From the human T2T-CHM13v2.0 reference genome, Homo sapiens, in NCBI RefSeq assembly GCF_009914755.1, contig NC_060930.1: DNA of 64,000 bases. One strand, written 5' to 3'. A program made the position numbers and the translations under genes. The first letter of the stretch is position 1, and each line of letters begins with the position of its first letter. The notes under the pieces were generated by a model that was not told where the DNA came from, did not search any database, and saw only the letters and a list, made by a program, of their open reading frames with translations. Below are positions 56,277 to 64,000 of the stretch, piece by piece.

Positions 56277-56740
56277 CTGAAGGTAAAAGTCTGATAGAAA
56301 TAAGTAACCAGAAAAGCACAAACATTGAAGCACTCTCAGAAAAACTCAGCCCATTACATGTTTCTTTTAGATTATTAGAAATGATTCAGCTGCTCCAGTA
56401 ACAATTTCTTTTGCCATGGGAAAGAAATCTACTCCACCTAACTGCAAATGTTTTTAAACTAAATTTCCTTCTCAAAGAGTTACCACATCTACTGTTAATA
56501 ACATAACTGATTGTAAACTGTTTTTAAATCTTTTCAGATTTATTAGAGGTGGGGGGTAGGGAAGTTAGTCTAGAATGTAGAAAAGCTGCGTTCTAGCTAA
56601 AGAGGTGAGTCTAACCTAGCCTTCTAGTTAGTCTAGAATGTAAAATGGCAGCCACAATGACAAGTTTCAATGGATCTCAATAGAGACTTAAGTGCCTTGC
56701 AAAACAAGACTGTCATTTCCAAAGTAGCATCCTGAAATGT

Positions 56741-57447
56741 TTAAATGTTTATGATAGAAACCACTCGAATCATCCCCAGCGAGTTTCTCAGAAGGGGCAG
56801 CTGGAGGAGGGAAGGGCAGCTGGAGGAGGGGAAGGGGCCGCAGGAGGAGGGGAAAGGGAGGCAGCTGGAGGAGGGGAAGGGGCAGCTGGAGGAGGGGAAG
56901 GGGCAGCTGGAGGAGGGGAAGGGGCAGCTGGAGGAGGGGAAGGGCAGCTGGAGGAGGGGAAGGGGCAGCGGGAGGAGGAGAAGGGGCAGCTGGAGGAGGG
57001 GAAGGGGCAGCGGGAGGAGGAGAAGGGGCAGGTGGATGAGGGGAAGGGGGAAGCTGGAGGAGGGGAAGGGGCAGCTGGAGGAGGGGAAGGGGGGCAGCTG
57101 GAGGAGGAGAAGGGGGACAGTGGAAGGAGGGGAAGGGGGGCAGCTGGAGGAGGGGAGGGGGCAGCTGGAGGAGGGGAAGGGGCAGCTGGAGGAGGGGAAG
57201 GGGGCAGCTGGAGGAGGAGAAGGGACAGCTGGAGGAGGGGAAGGGGCAGCTGGAGGAGGGGAAGGGCCAACCAACTGGAGGAGTTCATTATTAGATTATG
57301 TTTTAAAGGTAATAAATCCACTACCTTTTCTCAGATATTTAAAAGAACTACCATAGGAAATGGTGAAATAGGGAAGGACATTAGACTCAAGAGGGAATAA
57401 TTTATTACAGTCTCAGAATTCTCTAACTCATCAGCCACAAAGTATAT
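56741..57447 (-). pseudogene. RNF213-like coding remnant split by G-rich VNTR
   Basis: LLQL[VNTR]LRNSLGMIRVVSIINI~ILQVKESLGLNGDFSVLNTL. Confidence 0.5.
56791..57283 (+). repeat. G-rich ~21-bp VNTR (GGAGGAGGGGAAGGGGCAGCT)n, ~22 copies
   Basis: Direct reading; source of the proline/glycine-rich spurious ORFs. Confidence 0.97.
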
Positions 57448-57660
57448 CTGAGGAGGCTCCATTCATTATGCAGGATCCATGTGATACATGACGAGTAAAA
57501 GGCGGGCTTCAACTCCCAAGGGGCCTGCATGCTTGTTAGTGAGACATGGCAGAACTTCACTCTAATAGGCATTTCTAAATGAAACTACTATGGAAAACAT
57601 AACAGAAAAAGAAATCATACCCTGAAACCATATTATGAGTAGGAGGAGACTCAAACGTAC

Positions 57661-57828
57661 TTTTCCTAGGGGGTTCTCAGTTGCTTTTGCTAATGAGGCA
57701 AACAGCTCTGCTCCATAGATTTTAGCTTCTGTGGATTGGAGAATGAAGCAGAAATTACTGTGTTTTTTCTCAGCTGCAGAAAAGGTAACTGAACTAGACA
57801 AGTTCTGCACCTAAGGCAGTGACTGAGC
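57661..57828 (-). pseudogene. RNF213-like exon remnant
   Basis: tctgtAG acceptor, AAA|gtacgt donor; QNLSSSVTFSAAEKKHSNF~QDLKSGEVTLAEIDVIFKDF. Confidence 0.5.
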
Positions 57829-59089
57829 CTACAGACTCCGAGCACCAGGAAAATTGCATCAGTAGGGAAGAATCAGACAGCCATGGTGTGGATGGAGGAC
57901 GAGATGAGCTGGGAGACACAAGAAACAGCACAGTGGGAGAGAGAGTGAGACTGACAAACCTTCTGTGAAAATACATCCACAGAACTGGCCAAGGACTTCT
58001 CATAGAGGGTTTTAACATCCACATTTTGTTGTGGCCAAGTTTCCAAAAGGAAAGTTTAAGGAAGAGAGTGATTTTTTTAAAATGTGTGACTAGATGTCTC
58101 AAGGGAACACCTCTTCCCAGTGTAACTATGCTCTCTATGTACCAACCACAGACTTGTCCAGATGAGCTCTCGGCCTCTCACCTAGTTTTCCTCATTGTCA
58201 AGAGCACCCACTTAAGTGAGAGTTTCCCAGGAATTATGGTCTGTGGTCTTGAAAAAAGGCCCAAGGAACACCCCCGATAGAAACAGACAATTTGGGCCCA
58301 TTAGGCTCTTCTGGCTCAGGAGAACATGGCACGCTGGCCATTCCACGCAGTCTCTACCTTCTCCCTTCAACCTAGGTCACACACAGACAAGCTTCCCTCA
58401 TCTGTACATACCACAGACTTAACTTCCACCGCTGAGTAGGGGAGGATTTCTCAATGCACCATTGCCCTTTGGCAATACCCTGTTGAAATATGTATTTCTG
58501 GGCCTGCATGTACCTTAGGGTTCATGCACTTAGTGATTCTTTCTGTTTTATAAAGCTAATTGCCTCTGTAGCAATTTCTACACCCTTAGGTGCCACGACA
58601 GTCTATGTTTTTGGAAATGTGAGCACTCACTCAAACTGACTTCAGAGCTATAATTTATGGAACAGATTGAGTCACTGATCTCAGTTGGCCGCCTTTGTCC
58701 TGGTGCACTTCCTTCTTTTCTAAAGGGAATTTTCTTTGAAGAAGAAAAAAATCACTTTTAGATTACTTGCTGTAGAACATTTTTGAAAGGGAGTTTTCTC
58801 GGAAAATTATATAAATCCAATGGTGAAGTTCTCATAGAGCAAAAAGTCTGCTCTTAGATATATGCTGTAAACATTTACAAAGAGCCTACAGAAAATCTTA
58901 CATAGTGGAGATTGTTTTTAAGATATTTTAATAGAAAAAAATTAACTCTTAATAAAGTTGATTTGGGGGTCTACCACTACCTAGTCCTAGCCATTTAACC
59001 TCTCTGGGCCTTACTAGCCAACAATTATAAAACAAATTAGTTGGATAACATAATTGTATTTTATCGTGCTGAGAATAAATATAAAATGA

Positions 59090-59440
<351 letters not shown>

Positions 59441-60309
59441 TAGTAAGATTTTTAAAATCCTGATTTACAAACCTACATAATAGGAGGTAAATACAAATGT
59501 TATATGTCAATTTATATAGGAAGAATCCTTTTCATAGCCAGTTGATGCAGGAATCTCTCAAAATGTGATCTAATTCACAAAATTGATCCAATTCACAAAA
59601 ACTTACAAATGTAACCACTGGAGCCCTCAAAGTGCTTGAATATGATGCCTTTAATGTACACGTCGATCAATACTTTAAAATCTATCGGATACACTGATGT
59701 CCTGAGCATTTTCTAGACATCTAATTTAATCATCACTAACCTAGAATTTACAGATAAACTGGGGGTCGACTGGATGACTGCTGTTTAAGGTCACACAGGG
59801 AGTGAGCTGGTGCCAAGGTTTGAATCCCACCTGAGGCTGACATAACTATTCACTACTAACTCTTCGTGCTTTATACAGTTTGGTTCCTGTGAGTCCTTAT
59901 TTTGTCACAAAAGGAGATCTGATCAAGTTTATTCATTCTTTTAAAATAGATTTTTGTTTTAAGTTCCTTCTTCCTCCATTCCCTCTCCCAACTCCTTTCA
60001 ATTTTAATGTTCTTTTCCCTTTTGTGGCTGGGTTTGATTCTACACAGACTTCTTAGGAAAATTGTGTTCGTGTAAAACTGAAGAGTCCAAGGGCTTCCTC
60101 ACTGGAATAAGCAGGTCTCATTTGAGGGTGGGGAGCTCTTGACGAGGGGAAGTGGCTCACTTCAGGAAGTCCTGAGAACGGATTTTCTTATGTACATGTG
60201 CAAGTTTTTATGTATCTGCATACTTTACTCTCTTTAGTTGATGTAAAATGTTATGACTATTGTTTTCTTTTCTAAAGGAAGAGTTTCACCTGCATTCTAT
60301 CTCACTTAC

Positions 60310-61002
60310 TAAATGCGAGCAATCACCAGATCTCTTGTAATTCTACAAAAGCAATTAATCAAAATGGTGACTTCCAAATTGTTGTCTTCCCAGTTATGTC
60401 TATAAGCAAATTGAGACCTGCCAAATATCAGTCTCAAAAATGCATATTTTTCCTGCATGCATAACTCCTGCACTAACGCTGTGTCTTGAGAACAAATGGT
60501 ATGCAGTGCCAAAGCCTTAGTAAGGTCACTTTTTTTTTCATTCTCATGTTTTCTTTCTAACCTACTACTCATAGAGTCACAGGAACTTCTGAGAGCCTTC
60601 TATTTTAGACCTATATATTAGATGGTTACTAATTACTTTAAACTGATTGTTTTTTCCTGTTGAATATTCCGGATTTCTGATTGAGCAATATCTTGAAATT
60701 CCAAAAGTTGGCATGCTGGTAGTTTCCTTATGTTCCACACATTTTCAAGCACATTGACAGTGACTGTTCCCTGTTTCCAGAGGATGAGGACAGTGGTACC
60801 ATGTTCCTTCATCAGCTTGCACAATCAGCCCAATTGTCCTCAGATGGATCGTTCACACTGTGGCAGATTGTCTTGACTGCAAGTTCTTCTCTTGGCTCTG
60901 AAATCTTCTGCTTAAACAAGTTATTTCATTGACATAAACAGGATCTTCTTATCCTGGCCCAACACTAACTGGAAGAAAAACCTTTTTAGGATTTGTCTTT
61001 CT
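60310..61002 (-). pseudogene. RNF213-like exon remnant (N-arm)
   Basis: Acceptor ctttctctgtggcAG, donor TTA|gtaagt, 693 nt (multiple of 3). One frame joins ORFs 60633-60824 and 60309-60572 across stops. GQLG*LCKLMKEHGTTVLILWK~GQLELIIKHKNQFLDIWQ; SEIRNIQQEK~EELLLLKKEK. Confidence 0.7.
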
Positions 61003-61892
61003 CTGCCACAGAGAAAGTGTGACCCCAGAAGCTTGAAATGGGCACCATTTTGTAAAGCTAGGCCTCAGCATTACTCCGAAATTCATGATATCTTGGGAAC
61101 CAGGTGTGCAGTCAAAAATAACAGCTTTTATTTCTGTAACTTTTATTTCTGTAGCTCTTATTTCTGTTCACTTAGAGTGAACAAAACTCATTTACATACA
61201 TTATTTCATTGATTCTAACAATAATCCTGTGAGGTAAGCAGGACAGAAACTTATTGCTATTTTTCAGATAAGGAAACCAAATTCAAATAAATTGTTATTA
61301 TTCATAAAATGATAGTAACCGACACCATATAGGGTGTTTGGGGCACAAAGCGCTTTCCTATGCATGAACTCAATCGTACTGACAGCAACACTGCAAGGAA
61401 GTCAGACAAATTATCCCACTGTTTCAGCTTAAGAAGCAGATGAATAAAGGGATTCCTTGTTAGGATTTCTGCTCACAAATGTTTCTACAAAGCTCTTTGC
61501 AGAACACACCCTCTCAGAAACTGCCCCTCCTGGTGGGCAGCTTCAGGGAGTGCTTGCTGCAACACGTTCTGCTTGCTAGTTCTGACCCCACCCTTCCTCC
61601 CACTCACTCCCAAACCCACCGTCAGCCTCAACGCAGCTGTGGAGAACAACTCAATTCGATATATTTTTATTGATAATTTGAATAAAGGTAACATAAATAA
61701 CATGACTTAAATTTTGGAAAATAGACAAAGAAGAAAAAAACCAACAAGAAGTCCCATGACCTCAATCTCTGTATTAGGCCAAGTTTCCTCTAGCTTTCTT
61801 TCCCCCATGCATCTGCTTTTCTTCTATTTGTAATCATAAGATCGATTTGTATACATTTTAAATCTGCATCATTTCCACTTGACAGAGTATTC

Positions 61893-62162
61893 TTTTTTTT
61901 TTTTTTTGAGACAGAGTCTCTCTCTGTCTACCAGGCTGGAGTGCAGTGGCGTGATCTTCACTCACTGCAACCTCCGCATCCCGGGTTCAAGTGATTTTAC
62001 TGCCTCAGCCTCCCAGAGATCACAGGCATGCACCACCACGCCTGGCTAATTTTTGTATTTTTAGTAGAGACAGAGTTTCACCATGTTGGCCAGGCTGATC
62101 TCAAACTCCTGACCTCAAGTGATCTGCCCGCGTTGGCCTCCCAAAGTGCCCGGATGACAGGC
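61893..62162 (-). mobile_element. AluS, 5'-truncated with small internal deletion
   Basis: polyT then gagacagagtctc..cctgacctcaagtgatc..ccaaagtgc. Confidence 0.88.
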
Positions 62163-63099
62163 AAACTTCCGATTTTCTAATCGCTGAGGACACATAGCTC
62201 AGACATATGAGTATAGATAATTTTTCTTCTATATTTCAAGTTCAATATTATTAAAAGACTATAAAATCTACAGTCCTTATTGTAACAACACAAGAGAAGC
62301 TACAGACACTGGATGACTGTGGTTTCAAATCATAAATGTTTCCTCTTGATTCTAGACTCCTATGGAAGTCTAGATTCAAGTTACTGTTGCATCCACTGTT
62401 GAATCTCCAATGCCTGTTGCAATGTGTGGCACAGTAAACATGCAATAAATACATATTGGCTGAGTAAAGAAACTAATATCAGAGTAACTAGAAGTTATTG
62501 ACTCCTGCCTCAAGTAAGCAGGCTGACTGGAGGAACTTAGTTTGCTGAAGACACCTGTTTGAGAGGAAGTGGGAGTTAAATGACCTAACTTACTAGTGTA
62601 AAAAAAAAAAAAAAAAAAAAAAAGGACATAAATATATGTAGTCTGCTTAACGATAGCAGTAAAGGGCCTCACTGTAGTGCCCCGGTTCCTCCGAAACATA
62701 AATGCGAAGGACAAGAGGATCTAGCATGTGTCTGAAACGCCATCACTGAATCCTCTTGATATTCTTTAAGACGCAAATCCACAGAGCTTCACCAGAACAG
62801 CCAAAGATTATCATTTTGAAGAAAGGGGATATAGTGAAACAAACATGTATGTACCAAAGACAGCAAAAGGGCCTACGTCCGCTGACATGTTCAAACGTTT
62901 TAAGGAAAGCTATTATTTCAAGCACATGACAAAAGGATAGAGAAGGGAGTAGAATGAATTACAGAATAACTAGTGTTTACGCCTGAGAGGTCCCTGGGCT
63001 GTTCTGTACCTCCTGGAAACTGTTTATGTGCACAAGTCCTGTGATCATGGGGCTATGATTAGTGGATGCTGACAGTGTGACAGCAGAGGAAGGCATGAA

Positions 63100-64000
63100 T
63101 CACCACTGTTCCATATAGGAGAAAGGTGAACAAGACCGACTCTGCCCCAAAGACAGTCTTCTTTTTCCACATTCTAAGTTCTGGTGACTTGGTGCTATAG
63201 GACAGGGTAGGAAAAAGAGAGAGGACTGATGAGGAATAAATTTCACGATTTTAGGAAATTCCACTTCTGAAAACTCATCTTTTGTGACATTATAATTTCT
63301 TAATTTATACCTAACAGCTAATAATTTTCCATTTTCCACAGACTCATTATCTTTTAAAATTATTGAAATCTTCAAATGCCTGGCACTGCATTTCTGAAAT
63401 GGTCCTATCTGTAGGAAGATGTTTATTTCACTTTGATCCAAGCTTTCTCTGCATCAAGAACCCAAGACGGGAATGCTACCAGTCAAGGGAAGGTAAATAA
63501 AAATTGATGACTTCCTCAGTTTTCTAGGAATTATCCACCAATGAATTTGACTGGATGGTTGAGTTGTAGTAAATATGTCACAGCATTAAGGATATTTTGT
63601 TGTCATCTGGAAATGGTAGAAAAAGTAGCCAGAAAAAGCTCTTTCCTGAATGCAGGTGGAGATGTCCATTCTTGGCAAAGTCTATACAATAATGCTTGAT
63701 TGAGATGCTTGACCTGTCTTTTGCTACAAAAGCAGAATATGAATCTCATTTGAAGCACTGAACTAGAGTAAAATGTGACAATATTCAAAACTGCCTGAAT
63801 CAGTCATAAAACACTAGTCGGCTTCAAGTATTGGCATTCTTTAAGAAAGACACTGAGGTTCTGAATACTTTGAATCTGTTATGTCTGTCCCTTTGAGTGG
63901 AGTACAGCCAGTCCGTATCTTACTGTCCTTTCAAGAAAAGTTCTTGAACAAAGTGGATGCACTTTCTGTCATGGAAGTCAGTGGTGGATTTGGAAACGTA
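63100..64000 (-). pseudogene. RNF213-like N-arm remnant (open at window edge)
   Basis: Non-repeat sequence with long partial frames; EMQCQAFEDF~EDSVAKTFEKC and ENGKLLAV~KFGIVLSAV in the expected order upstream of the 61002 exon; weak similarity. Confidence 0.4.

Noticed and set aside
56741-57400. Pro/Gly/Glu-rich ORFs of 122-203 aa
   Set aside because: Translations of the G-rich VNTR

Overview
Primate (very likely human; AluY present) genomic DNA with no intact protein-coding gene. The listed ORFs are repeat-derived, chance, or fossil fragments. The main result is a heavily decayed, intron-containing (unprocessed) pseudogene of an RNF213/mysterin-like giant AAA+ ATPase/E3 ligase on the minus strand, from beyond the right edge (64000) down to about 21400. 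More than 20 short translated blocks, read by eye across stops and frameshifts, resemble human RNF213 motifs in the correct N-to-C order: N-arm, AAA core with both Walker-A regions and KVNRG~KMNRG, E3 shell, RING start, pre-RZ/RZ finger, CTD and C-terminus. The RNF213 comparison is from memory and needs tBLASTn/HMM confirmation. The fossil is riddled with Alu, L1, L2, MIR and hAT insertions, and two minisatellites appear to have expanded inside former coding sequence. The left 21 kb is repeat-rich non-coding DNA carrying a 133-bp inverted repeat and a 107-bp dispersed direct repeat.
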